From contig CAXXWQ010000004.1 of assembly GCA_963674945.2 (NCBI GenBank), positions 2,432,001-2,496,000 of the forward strand: a DNA stretch of 64,000 nt, written 5' to 3'. Position 1 is the first letter of the stretch. Each line of letters opens with the position of its first letter. Origin of the DNA: an uncultured Desulfosarcina sp. GTDB lineage: Bacteria; Desulfobacterota; Desulfobacteria; Desulfobacterales; Desulfosarcinaceae. Under the pieces are notes generated by a model. That model was not told where the DNA came from. It worked only from the letters and a program-made list of their open reading frames with translations, and searched no databases. Shown in pieces: positions 20,022-29,654 of this stretch. The position numbers and the translations under genes are program-made.

Positions 20022-22265
20022 TTATCCACTCACAGGTTCAATCCGGCAGGGTACAAACCGATGCATGGGCGTACCCAGCAGATCCCTGTGCGTGTTTTTG
20101 GTAAGTTTGTTGACATTCAGTCCGTAAACCGTGTCACCATACTTTAAACCGAAACCGTGTGGAATCAGCACGGTGCCCTGTCGGATCCGGCGCGACACCT
20201 CGAGCTCGCCCACCTCGCTTCCTGCCGAAGTGGTGACCCTTATATGTTGGCCATCGGCAAGTTCCATTTCCTCTGCATCCAAAGGGTTCACGGCGACGGT
20301 GCAGGCCCGCTTGCCCTTGTTCCACTCCTGACCGCGGATCATGGTATTGATGTTATATCGCGTGTGTCTGCCGGCATTCAGGATCATGGGGAATTCTTCC
20401 GGCAGTTTCAGGTCGCGGGCTTCGTTTTCAGCATTCAGGTTTCTGGCCTCCTCTTCCAATTCCGGGACAAAAACTTCCACCTTGCCGGATGGTGTTTTAA
20501 TGGCTGTAAAGTTCTCCTCAGGATCCACTTCACCGATCCAGATTCCTTCGGGATGATCCAAAAGCGCCTGGAATATGCGGTCTCCCTGATCGATGCCGGG
20601 CGGGAAACCGATACGGGCGGCGTTTTTTCGAAACGCCTTGGGAGTGGTCATCAAAACCCCCCATAGTCCTGCCAGTGCGGCACTATCCCAATGTCTGCCC
20701 AGGGTTTTCGCCAGTACGAACGGCATGGCAGCCGGCGCCTCGGGACATGACGCCACCCATTCCATGAGTTTCGCGCCATAGGTCAACCGGTCTCCTTCGG
20801 CAGCCGCATATAACGCATCCGGAATTTTTGGGATCGACCCCAGTTTGTCCGCCATCAAGGTGAAAATCTGGCATGCTTCCAGGCATTTTCCCGGCGGGGA
20901 AACGATGGGCCGTCGCATTTGAAAAAAAACTTTTGGAAAGGTCCAGGGGAAAAAGGTTCCGTCCCAGGATTCATAATACGTTCGGCAAGGCAATACGTAA
21001 TGGGCCAGCCGGGCGGTTTCACTCATTACGATGTCATTGACCACCAGCAGATCCAGTTTTGAAAAGGCCTCTTCATAGGCAGTGGTGTCAGGGTAGGACC
21101 GTAAGGGGTTGCAGGCGCTCACATACACGGCCCGTAGCCGTTTCGGGTGGTCGTTTACGATTTCTTCCGGCATGACGGCTGGCGGGAAAGAACCGGCAGA
21201 TGCCGGCGGCATATGGGTAACAACCGTCTTCCAGACATTGGGATCCCGCTCATCGGCGTGATATCCCATGGGCACCACCATTCCGGGGATGACATTGCCG
21301 CCGGGCACGCAGAAAACACCGCAGATCGCGCCGAGAATATTCATCATATAGGAATTCATCACACTTTTTCGCCCCATATAGATCCCGAGATCCGGATGAA
21401 CGCACCATCTTTTGGTGGTCATGAGGCGGCATAATTCAAGCACCTGATCATATTCAAGCTCGCAAACCGCGATGGCGGCTTTGGCATCGAAGTTTTCAAA
21501 CCAGGGACGAATGGTATCCCAGCCATCCACATGCGCGGTGATGTATTTCGTATTTTCCCATCCATTGTCGATAATGAGAGAGATCATGGCCTTGATGAAA
21601 AGCGCATCCGTGCCGGGCCGGATGGGAAGGTGGATATTGGCGATGGCAGCGGTTTCGCTTTTTCGCGGATCGATGATGACGAGCAATTTATCCGGGTTTT
21701 CTGAAAATTCTTTCAAGACCCTGGGCGCCTGGGGCATCTGGTGGCTTTCCATGCCGTTCCAGCCCCAGCCGACAAGCATTTCACTGCCATGTTCATCCGG
21801 TCCTGCCACATTGTACTGTTTGCCCAGCATGCGGCCAAACAGCCACCAGGCGCTGGAAAATTCCTGGCCGCCGGAATTGTAAAAGTACTGGGATCCCAAA
21901 GCGCGCAGGATCGAAAGGCCGAATGCGCCTTCAAAATGACCGCCCTGGGCGCTGGCGCCCATATAAGCGATTGAACGGGGGCCGTGGGTCCCGACAATGT
22001 CCTTCATTCTGGCGGTAACTTCATCGATGGCCCGTTCCCATGATATGGGTTCAAATTTCTCTCCCACCCGTTTTACGGGTTCCGTGATGCGATCTTTCGG
22101 GTATTGGTGATAAATCACATTCAAACCCTTGCGACAGGCATACCCCTGGCTTCTCGCGTTTGATCTGTCCGGTCTGACGTTTACCATGCGGCCGTTTTCC
22201 ACCAAAACTTCCAGACCGCAATTCTGCGCGCATAGAACACAGCCTGTTTTGTGCCAAGCCCCCAT
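20022..22265 (-). CDS. Molybdopterin (bis-MGD) oxidoreductase catalytic subunit, no Tat signal seen
   Basis: CVLCAQNCG...C [4Fe-4S] motif, IDPRKSETA, RPGTD, SETARLAHYVLP; GGGAGG RBS before ATG 22265. Confidence 0.9.
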   Translation of the reverse strand: MGAWHKTGCVLCAQNCGLEVLVENGRMVNVRPDRSNARSQGYACRKGLNVIYHQYPKDRITEPVKRVGEKFEPISWERAIDEVTARMKDIVGTHGPRSIAYMGASAQGGHFEGAFGLSILRALGSQYFYNSGGQEFSSAWWLFGRMLGKQYNVAGPDEHGSEMLVGWGWNGMESHQMPQAPRVLKEFSENPDKLLVIIDPRKSETAAIANIHLPIRPGTDALFIKAMISLIIDNGWENTKYITAHVDGWDTIRPWFENFDAKAAIAVCELEYDQVLELCRLMTTKRWCVHPDLGIYMGRKSVMNSYMMNILGAICGVFCVPGGNVIPGMVVPMGYHADERDPNVWKTVVTHMPPASAGSFPPAVMPEEIVNDHPKRLRAVYVSACNPLRSYPDTTAYEEAFSKLDLLVVNDIVMSETARLAHYVLPCRTYYESWDGTFFPWTFPKVFFQMRRPIVSPPGKCLEACQIFTLMADKLGSIPKIPDALYAAAEGDRLTYGAKLMEWVASCPEAPAAMPFVLAKTLGRHWDSAALAGLWGVLMTTPKAFRKNAARIGFPPGIDQGDRIFQALLDHPEGIWIGEVDPEENFTAIKTPSGKVEVFVPELEEEARNLNAENEARDLKLPEEFPMILNAGRHTRYNINTMIRGQEWNKGKRACTVAVNPLDAEEMELADGQHIRVTTSAGSEVGELEVSRRIRQGTVLIPHGFGLKYGDTVYGLNVNKLTKNTHRDLLGTPMHRFVPCRIEPVSG

Positions 22266-22534
22266 TCTATCCTCCCGGGACAAGGCGCTTATGGGCAAGC
22301 GTTGAACCGCTTGCCGCATTTCTTGCCGTCCCTATAAGTACTATGGACCACATACAATTTGCATTTGGCAATCATATATCATAGGCTCGCCTCGAATGCT
22401 GCCCGAATCTTCAGCCCTTTCCTTCGAGGAGACCGGCCGTGGAACCTTCCCGTATGCAACCGGCTTCCAGTGATCCGGGATCGAATCGATCAACCTCATG
22501 GCGCAATCATACAAAATCTGCGGGATGGTAAGAA

Positions 22535-23869
22535 ATGAAAACCGACCGGTCCAATGAAACGCCAACCATGGCCGCAGGACTGTTTATATGGAGTTTTGGT
22601 GCGCTTTTTTACCTGATCGGTTTCTTTCACAGGGTAGCGCCAGCGGTGATCACCGCTGAATTGATGCAGGCGTTTCAAATCAATGCGTCTGCATTGGGCA
22701 ACCTTTCCGCATTCTATTTTTACAGTTATGTGGCGATGCAGATACCTACCGGCATTCTGGCAGACCGTTGGGGACCTCGCCGATTGCTTACCGCGGGTGC
22801 GGTGATCGCATCCATTGGCGCCGTGATGTTCGGATGGGCGCCCGATATCCGCCTGGCTGGCGCGGGCAGATTTCTTATCGGCGGTTCGGTTGCGGTTGCC
22901 TTTGTTGCACTGCTTAAGGTGACGACTTGCTGGTTTGCCCCGAACCGTTTTGCGCTGGTCTCGGGATTGGCACTTTTTTTCGGGATCGTCGGGGCGGTTT
23001 TTGCCGGAACGCCGCTACGCATACTCGTTGACAACTTCGGATGGCGCAGCGCGATGCTTTTCTCAGCTGCCGCCACATTGATTGTCGGGATTGGAACATG
23101 GTCGTTTGTCAGGGACTATCCCCATGAAAACGGTTACCGGAATTTTGCGAACACCTTTTCAGCAGCAGATGGAAAGGCGAACCACCATATCATTGCAGGA
23201 CTGTTGGCGGTGTTTTCTTACCGGAACACATGGCTCCTTTTTTTTATTCCCGGCGGTATGGTCGGTTGTGTGCTCACCTTTTCGGGCTTATGGGGTGTGC
23301 CATTTCTGACAACGGTGTATGGGCTGTCACCGGTGTTTTCCTCCGCACTTACCTCGTCTTTGCTGGTCGCCTGGGCATTGGGCGGGCCATTTTTTGGATG
23401 GCTCTCCGATCGACTGCAAAACAGAAAACGACTGTACATATTGGGATGCGGCATTTCCGTCACCGGGTGGATTGTGATCGCCCTGACCGAGAGTGTCCCG
23501 CTGAGTATTCTTGTGCCGGTTTTGCTGATCACCGGTTTTGCATCGGGAAGCATGATCGTCAGCTTTGTATTCGTCAAAGAATCGGTGCCCCTTCGCCTCT
23601 CGGGTACGGTTTCCGGGGTCATCAACATGGGTGTGATGACGGGTCCCATGATTTTGCAGCCGGCGGTGGGGTTGGTATTGGATCGCATGTGGAAGGGAGA
23701 TCTTTCTGAAGGCGTTCGTATGTACGATGCGGCGGCCTATCATAGCGGCTTTTCGATTATGCTGGCATGGATCGTGATTTCATTCATTTTATTGTTTTTC
23801 ACCCGCGAGACAAATTGCCAGCAGATGGTCGAACGAGAGAATAAAGAGAAATCTTTGCCGGCCGCATGA
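22535..23869 (+). CDS. MFS transporter
   Basis: GILADRWGPRR motif A; about 12 TM segments. Confidence 0.9.
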   Translation: MKTDRSNETPTMAAGLFIWSFGALFYLIGFFHRVAPAVITAELMQAFQINASALGNLSAFYFYSYVAMQIPTGILADRWGPRRLLTAGAVIASIGAVMFGWAPDIRLAGAGRFLIGGSVAVAFVALLKVTTCWFAPNRFALVSGLALFFGIVGAVFAGTPLRILVDNFGWRSAMLFSAAATLIVGIGTWSFVRDYPHENGYRNFANTFSAADGKANHHIIAGLLAVFSYRNTWLLFFIPGGMVGCVLTFSGLWGVPFLTTVYGLSPVFSSALTSSLLVAWALGGPFFGWLSDRLQNRKRLYILGCGISVTGWIVIALTESVPLSILVPVLLITGFASGSMIVSFVFVKESVPLRLSGTVSGVINMGVMTGPMILQPAVGLVLDRMWKGDLSEGVRMYDAAAYHSGFSIMLAWIVISFILLFFTRETNCQQMVERENKEKSLPAA

Positions 23870-23916
23870 TGTCGGGAATGGGCATTGAAACCAGTGCGGT
23901 CATCAAGGGGGAAGCG

Positions 23917-24693
23917 ATGATGTCTTTGATCGACAGCCATGTTCATCTGGACCACATTCTTGCAGGTCAATCCGGCCGTATCGACTGGCTTCGGGCCCAC
24001 CATTGTGCCGTGGTTTCCTGGGCCTGGTGCCGGGAACCCGAATCCGTGAAGGATCTGCGCGACTATCTTGGACAAAAACAGAGGACCATCCATGCGCTTC
24101 ACCGGCAGGGGCTCTCCTGTTGCTATCTTGCCGGTATCCACCCCCGTAACATCACCCATGACCTGACTGCCGAAGCGGTCGTCGACCTGGTGGCCCCCCA
24201 CCTGGAAGATCCGCTGTGCCGGGGCATCGGTGAAATCGGGCTGGAGTACGGAAGCGCGCGTGAGACCGAGATCCTTGCGGCCCATCTTTCTCTGGCGGCA
24301 GACGTGCGCGCGGCGGGGAAAAAAATCGGGATTCACACGCCGCGCGGCAACAAGGTCGCCGTAACCGAAACCCTGTTGGCGTTTTTGGCAACCGTGCCCG
24401 AAATCAAGCCCCTGTCGGTGATCGATCATTGCAGTGCAACGACCCTGCCGCCTGTATTGGCGGGAGGGTATCGGGCAGGCATCACCCTGAGCCCCATTAA
24501 GACCGATTGGCGGACATTGCCTGTCCTGACGGAGCGCCATGGAAAAGATCTGGATCGGATCATGTGCAATACGGATTCAGGGACACGATTTTATGAGGAC
24601 CTGGTAACAGCCAGTCGCGAGGCTCGAATCGAGCCCCATGCCGCCAGGCAGATTTTTCATGACAATGCGGCTCTATTTTTTGGTATGAAGTAA
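23917..24693 (+). CDS. TatD-like metallohydrolase
   Basis: IDSHVH, GIHP, GIGEIGLE, IHTP, IDH, NTDS. Confidence 0.85.
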   Translation: MMSLIDSHVHLDHILAGQSGRIDWLRAHHCAVVSWAWCREPESVKDLRDYLGQKQRTIHALHRQGLSCCYLAGIHPRNITHDLTAEAVVDLVAPHLEDPLCRGIGEIGLEYGSARETEILAAHLSLAADVRAAGKKIGIHTPRGNKVAVTETLLAFLATVPEIKPLSVIDHCSATTLPPVLAGGYRAGITLSPIKTDWRTLPVLTERHGKDLDRIMCNTDSGTRFYEDLVTASREARIEPHAARQIFHDNAALFFGMK

Positions 24694-24731
24694 GCAGCAG
24701 TCCCACACAGTGATATGCGTATACACCCAAG

Positions 24732-24765
24732 AAAAAAAAGGCAGAGCCCCGTTAGAGGCTCTGCC
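24732..24765 (-). terminator. Intrinsic terminator
   Basis: 9-bp stem GGCAGAGCC/GGCTCTGCC followed by T8 on the minus strand. Confidence 0.85.
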
Positions 24766-24834
24766 GTTCACCGCCATTTCGGCGGACAAGATATCTTTCT
24801 CTATTGGTACGAAGCTCTGCCGTTTCTCATGCCC

Positions 24835-24927
24835 TCAGATCCTGCAATTGGCTTGTGATGACCGGCCGGCGATGCATCTGTTGATATAGTAACCCAGCGT
24901 AACCAGTGTTATCATCGTTCCTACCAT
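24835..24927 (-). CDS. Putative 30-aa peptide MVGTMITLVTLGYYINRCIAGRSSQANCRI
   Basis: AAGGAAGGTG RBS; below the ORF-track length cutoff. Confidence 0.45.
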   Translation of the reverse strand: MVGTMITLVTLGYYINRCIAGRSSQANCRI

Positions 24928-24945
24928 AGGGCACCTTCCTTTCGG

Positions 24946-25080
24946 TTATCCCGCGACATCGATCCCTGGATCGCATCCCAGATGTTCATCTTTGTTTTCA
25001 CACTCGAAGTTTCTCTCGCGGGTATCAACGTGTCCTTCATTCCTGTCGTCAAAGTAGTCCTGCGTTCTATTATCGGCCAT
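24946..25080 (-). CDS. Putative 44-aa acidic peptide MADNRTQDYFDDRNEGHVDTRERNFECENKDEHLGCDPGIDVAG
   Basis: GAGAGGTG RBS 5 nt before the ATG; below the ORF-track length cutoff. Confidence 0.55.
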   Translation of the reverse strand: MADNRTQDYFDDRNEGHVDTRERNFECENKDEHLGCDPGIDVAG

Positions 25081-25473
25081 GATGTCACCTCTCTGGTTGA
25101 TTGTTCTGTCGTTGTTTGTCCTGCTTGCTCAAAAGATACGGCAGCAACGGGATTGCGCAATGTGAGCCGGTTGGGTGCCGGTTGATAGGCAGGAACTACC
25201 AATCGATCGGCAAACGCTTGTTGCCTGGGCGCAGAAAGGACGTTTCAGGGATTCTTACGATAATACTGCTGTCCGGTTTTTCCAAATCGGTCCGGCCCCG
25301 CTTTCCAGAAGGATTTCGGAAAGCAGGGCCGGTATGGAACCCCTGCCAAGGGTTACCATGCAAGGGTAGGGAGATGAGAGTCAACGGCCACCCATGGAAA
25401 ACCGGCATGGCTTGCGGGAAAAATGGATAAGGCCCATCCAGAGACCAGATATACGTTTTTCGACCGTCGATCG

Positions 25474-26922
25474 TTATGATGGGGGCCAGCTTCGGATCAC
25501 CTGGTTGTTGCTGTCGCTGATGGTGATGGAAACGCCGTGATCGCCGTCCAGGCGATGGGTTGCACAGCTGACTCACGGGTCGTAGGCGCGCACCGACATC
25601 TCGATCTTGTTGAGGATCCCCTCGTCCACATGGCCGTTTTGGATCAGGCTGCGGGCCGCCTGATCCACACTCATGTTAATGGGGCCCAGGTTGTGGGTGG
25701 TACCGACGATCATGTTGGCCCGGGTGATCAGTCCATTCTCGTCCGTGGAATAGTCGTGAATCAGCGTTCCCCGGGGTGCCTCCACACAACCGACCCCACG
25801 ACCGGCACCGGGCCGGACATCGGACCGAACCTCGGGATCGGTGATCTGCGGATCGTGTAACAGTGCGATGGCATGTTCGCAGGCATATACCTCTTCGATG
25901 AGCCGTGCCCAGTGATACAGCAGGGTTGCCTGTGCCGGCCGTCCGAATTTTTCTCGGAACTCTTCCAGCTCCGCCTGGGCCCTGGGCGTTGTCATCTTGT
26001 CCGCCACGTTGAGGCGGGCGAGGCAGTTGGCCCGGTAAATGCCCTTTGGGTCGGCAAGGTCCAGCGAAAATCCTTCGTTCCAGCTTTTCGCATAGGGAAA
26101 CTTACCGTAAGACCAGTCGACCACCTGTTCGCTGATGTAATCGGTGTAGTCCTGGACCTCGAAATCGGTAAAGCTGCCGTCGGATTTCATCAGCCGGAGT
26201 TTGCCGTCATACAGGTTCAGCGCGCCGTCGCCATCCACGGTACCCAGGAAACCGGTGGTGATCACCCCCAGGGTCTGGACGGTTTCCAGATACGGGGGGA
26301 AGACCTGGGTTTTGGCAAAATCCATGGTGTACAGGGCAAAATCCAGGATCTCCTGCATGTCGGCCAGCATCTGCTTCCGGTCCTCTTCCAGCATGGGCTT
26401 GGCAAAGCCGCCGGTCACACCGGCCACCGGGTGGATCGCTTTACCGGCAAACTTCTCCAGCATCATCTTGGCCTTGAACCGCATCCGGACGACTTTTTGC
26501 GCCAGTTCCGGATTCGCCCTGGCCACGCCGATGACGTTGCGGACGGCATAGTCGGCATCCGGGCCCATAACGAAATCAGCCGCCGCCAGAAAGAAGAAAT
26601 GCAGCAGCTTGTCCTCGGCATGGGCGATGGTCTGCATCAGCTCGCGCAATTTCTGACCGGCCGGCGGTACGGTGGCGTTGAAACAGCCATCCACGGCCTT
26701 GTTGGCGGCCAGGTGGTGGTGCCATGGACAGATTCCGCAGATACGGTTGACGATCCGGGGCAACTCTTCTGCGGGCTTGCCTTCCACGAATTTCTCAAAG
26801 CCGCGCATGGACTGAAAGTGAACCTTGGCATCGGCAACGTTACCGCCGTCGTCCAGCTGGATGGCGATGGAGGCATGCCCCTCGATCCGGGTGAGTGGCG
26901 CGATGTTGATGGTTCTTGCCAT
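25474..26922 (-). CDS. mvhA: [NiFeSe] group 3c-type hydrogenase large subunit, selenoprotein
   Basis: TRIEGH and RICGIC; in-frame TGA at 25575-25573 completes DPUVSCATH, followed by a cleavable tail to TAA at 25474. Confidence 0.92.
25540..25556 (-). promoter_or_regulatory. Putative SECIS hairpin of mvhA
   Basis: AUCGCC-UGGAC-GGCGAU starting 16 nt after the UGA. Confidence 0.7.
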
Positions 26923-27861
26923 TTAACGTGTCTCCTTGGTACCCGTTTGGGGCCTGAGCAGTTGATGCGCGCCGGAAAAGCGCAGCAGGGAAGTACTCTC
27001 CGGAAGCGACTGGATATCGATTCCGTTGGACGCCAGGGCATTGAGCATGTCCAGGCGCTGGTTGCCGTTTTGGCGTACCGGTCCGTAGCATCCCCGGCAG
27101 GGCACACGGGCGGATATACAGCGCGGGTTGACCCCATCGCCCCCGCAACCGGCCCGGGTCACCGGTCCCATGCACAGGATGCCCTGCTCCAACAGGCAGC
27201 GCATGCGATCGATGGGTTCGCCGGGGGTGAATTTCGGCTTTTGCAGGAACCGACGCAATTGTGCAAGCCGGCCCTTGCCTTCCCGGATGGTGGGGCAGGT
27301 GTCGCAGACGCTCTTCCCCCTGAGCGCGGGCGCCTTTCCCTCGAGCAAGGCGGCCAGGGCACCGAAGATCTGGTCGGAATGGGGCGGACAACCGGGAAGA
27401 TAGACATCCACCTTGATTTTTTCGTCCAGGGCGTAGGCCGAATCCAACAGCGGCGGAATGCCGTCCGATGGCAGTCGCTGCGCCGGCGTGGTGGATTCGG
27501 TTGCGTAATAGCGATCCAGCAGTTCGACGTTGGTGTAACTGTTGGACAAAGCCGGAATGCCACCGTGGGTGGCACAGGTACCAAGGGCAATAATCAGTTT
27601 GCATTGCTCTCGCATCCTGGTGGCGATTTCCAGGTGTTCCTCATTGCGAATGCCGCCGCTGATAATGCCCACATCGGCTTCGGGGATGGCCACATGCTGT
27701 CCATCACCGGTCTGTCCATAATATTTGTGGTCCATGAGCACCGGAATGTGGACGAAATCCACCAGGTCGAGCACATCCAGAAGGCGCTCGCCCATGTCAA
27801 CGATGGAGATTTCACATCCCGAACAGCTGTTGAGCCATTCACTTGCTACTTTTACAGTCAT
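26923..27861 (-). CDS. mvhG: Hydrogenase small subunit (MvhG/VhuG type)
   Basis: CSGCE, GTCATHGG, PGCPP, CDTC, CLLEQGILCMGP, CRGCYG. Confidence 0.9.
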   Translation of the reverse strand: MTVKVASEWLNSCSGCEISIVDMGERLLDVLDLVDFVHIPVLMDHKYYGQTGDGQHVAIPEADVGIISGGIRNEEHLEIATRMREQCKLIIALGTCATHGGIPALSNSYTNVELLDRYYATESTTPAQRLPSDGIPPLLDSAYALDEKIKVDVYLPGCPPHSDQIFGALAALLEGKAPALRGKSVCDTCPTIREGKGRLAQLRRFLQKPKFTPGEPIDRMRCLLEQGILCMGPVTRAGCGGDGVNPRCISARVPCRGCYGPVRQNGNQRLDMLNALASNGIDIQSLPESTSLLRFSGAHQLLRPQTGTKETR

Positions 27862-27878
27862 TGGTTTTCCTCATCATT

Positions 27879-28002
27879 GACGGCTTCGTAAAAAGTCCGA
27901 TATCGGCGTTACGCTTCATCCTTCGTCACTGCGACGTATCCTAAATACGCCTCATTCCTCAGGATTCGCAAGCCTTGATCTCGGGCTTTTTACGAAGCCG
28001 TC
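27879..28002. mobile_element. 124-bp MITE-like element, copy 1
   Basis: 17-bp terminal inverted repeats GACGGCTTCGTAAAAAG...CTTTTTACGAAGCCGTC; inverted homolog at 49869-49992; extra end-like ACTTTTTACGAGTTCATC at about 28012-28029. Confidence 0.85.
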
Positions 28003-28065
28003 TGAACAGCGACTTTTTACGAGTTCATCATCATTGGATGGTGCTACCGGGGTCCAGGTCAGCGT

Positions 28066-29181
28066 TCAGCTCACTACCGTGACACCGGTCTTTCCGTTTT
28101 CCCGACGATACTGACGGGCCATTTTCTTTTTGCGGGCCGACCAGCCGCGCACCATACGCAGGGCATGGCTGGCAAAATTCTCATCCTCGTCGTGGGTCAT
28201 TTCCTCGATGGTATTGCCCTTGGCGTCGGCGAATGCCGCCCGGCCCAGCGGAGTGCGGATGATCGTCGTGGTCCAGCCTTCCCGGGCGCCGATACCGCCG
28301 AATGAGATGTCGGCGAACTCGGCCGAGTAATCGCCACAGTACCGGCAGCCCACCCGCTTCATGAAATCGAGGTCTTCCAGCGGGATATTGATGATATCCC
28401 CGTCTTTCAGGTGCACCTGGAAGTGCTCTTTGACGTTGAGGCGCAACACCTTTTCCCAATCAAACCGATGGTCCGCGGCCAGTTTTTCCCGTTCCTTGTC
28501 ACCGAAGACGAAATTGCCCGAGCAGAACAGGCCGAAGCAAAACTTGATGGAGTCGGCAGGAACGATCTCCATGGCTTCCATGCGCCGGAATGCCTTGATC
28601 TGGCAGGGCATGCCCACCAGCGCCACACGATTGAGGCCTTTGCGTACCATGGGGGCGAACTCCTCGATGGAAGAGTAGGTCAAATAGGCATCGCTGAACC
28701 GTTTCATTCCGTGGGAGGTGTCAAAGTAAAATCCGGCAGCGTTGCGAATCTCCTCGGCGCTGGTGGCCAGACAGGGTTGACGCTGGAATGGTCCGGCCGG
28801 TTTGGTGACGATCGCGCCATCGATGCGGCCGGTTTCAAAAAGGTGTAGGAGCAGGGCCGTGACAACGCCGCCATCCGTGGCCGATTCCCGCACCGCAGGA
28901 TCCATGGCCCGGGCGATCGTGGTTTCGATGACGCGCCCCATGGGGGCGCTCCAGGCGGCGCGCTGCTTGGTGACCGCCTCCAGTTCGTCGATCTCCGGAC
29001 AGATGCTGTAGCAGAGCCCGCACTCGATGCATTTTTCGATATCACCGTAACGGGGCTTTCCGTCCGGGTCCAGTTCCAGGGCGCCGTAATTCACCGCGTT
29101 GCAAAAGGTCACGCACCCACCACAGCGGTGACATCGACCGGGTTTCTGAACCTCTTGGATCAGGTTGAAAAATGTCTCCAT
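28066..29181 (-). CDS. FrhB/FdhB-family flavo-iron-sulfur subunit with N-terminal ferredoxin domain
   Basis: CHRCGGCVTFC and CIECGLCYSICP; DGGVVTALL, VGMPCQ, GLFC, CRYCGD...ADISFG; GGAG RBS before ATG 29181. Confidence 0.85.
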   Translation of the reverse strand: METFFNLIQEVQKPGRCHRCGGCVTFCNAVNYGALELDPDGKPRYGDIEKCIECGLCYSICPEIDELEAVTKQRAAWSAPMGRVIETTIARAMDPAVRESATDGGVVTALLLHLFETGRIDGAIVTKPAGPFQRQPCLATSAEEIRNAAGFYFDTSHGMKRFSDAYLTYSSIEEFAPMVRKGLNRVALVGMPCQIKAFRRMEAMEIVPADSIKFCFGLFCSGNFVFGDKEREKLAADHRFDWEKVLRLNVKEHFQVHLKDGDIINIPLEDLDFMKRVGCRYCGDYSAEFADISFGGIGAREGWTTTIIRTPLGRAAFADAKGNTIEEMTHDEDENFASHALRMVRGWSARKKKMARQYRRENGKTGVTVVS

Positions 29182-29189
29182 GGTATCTC

Positions 29190-29621
29190 CTAACCGACCG
29201 CCGCGACGGGTCGCCGTGCCGGATTTGGACCCAGTTCGCGAATCGCCTCGGTAAACCGGGTCACCACTTCTGCAAAACGGGGTGCTTCGGCCGACGACAC
29301 CCATTCCAGGGCGAACCGCCGGGGATCGATGCCGTTGTCCGCCAGGACGATGTTGATGACGTCGGCTCTTGCCTTGGCGATGTGATTACCTTCCAGGTAA
29401 TGGCATTCTCCCAGGTGTCATCCCATGACGATGACGCCGTCGGCCCCCTTGGAGATCGTCTCCACCACCAGATCGGGCGACACCATGCCGGAGCACATGA
29501 CCCGGATGGGACGCATGTTGGGCGGATATTGAAGACGTGACACGCCGGCCAGGTCACCGCCGGCATAGGCGCACCAGTTGCATAGAAAACCGATAATCAG
29601 GGGTTCGAAAGTTTGGGACAT
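29190..29621 (-). CDS. mvhD: MvhD [2Fe-2S] adaptor subunit, selenoprotein
   Basis: FLCNWC and RVMCSG; TGA at 29420-29418 gives GUHLGECHY at a conserved Cys position; frame stays open through EWVSSAEAPRF to TAG at 29190. Confidence 0.92.
29385..29401 (-). promoter_or_regulatory. Putative SECIS hairpin of mvhD
   Basis: AUUACCU-GGA-AGGUAAU starting 16 nt after the UGA. Confidence 0.7.
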
Positions 29622-29654
29622 GGCGATACGCTCCGTCGTTGGACTCTGTAAAAA

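Noticed and set aside
24740..24900. Riboswitch at the terminator
   Set aside because: No aptamer I recognise and no co-oriented gene downstream; it faces the convergent tatD-like gene
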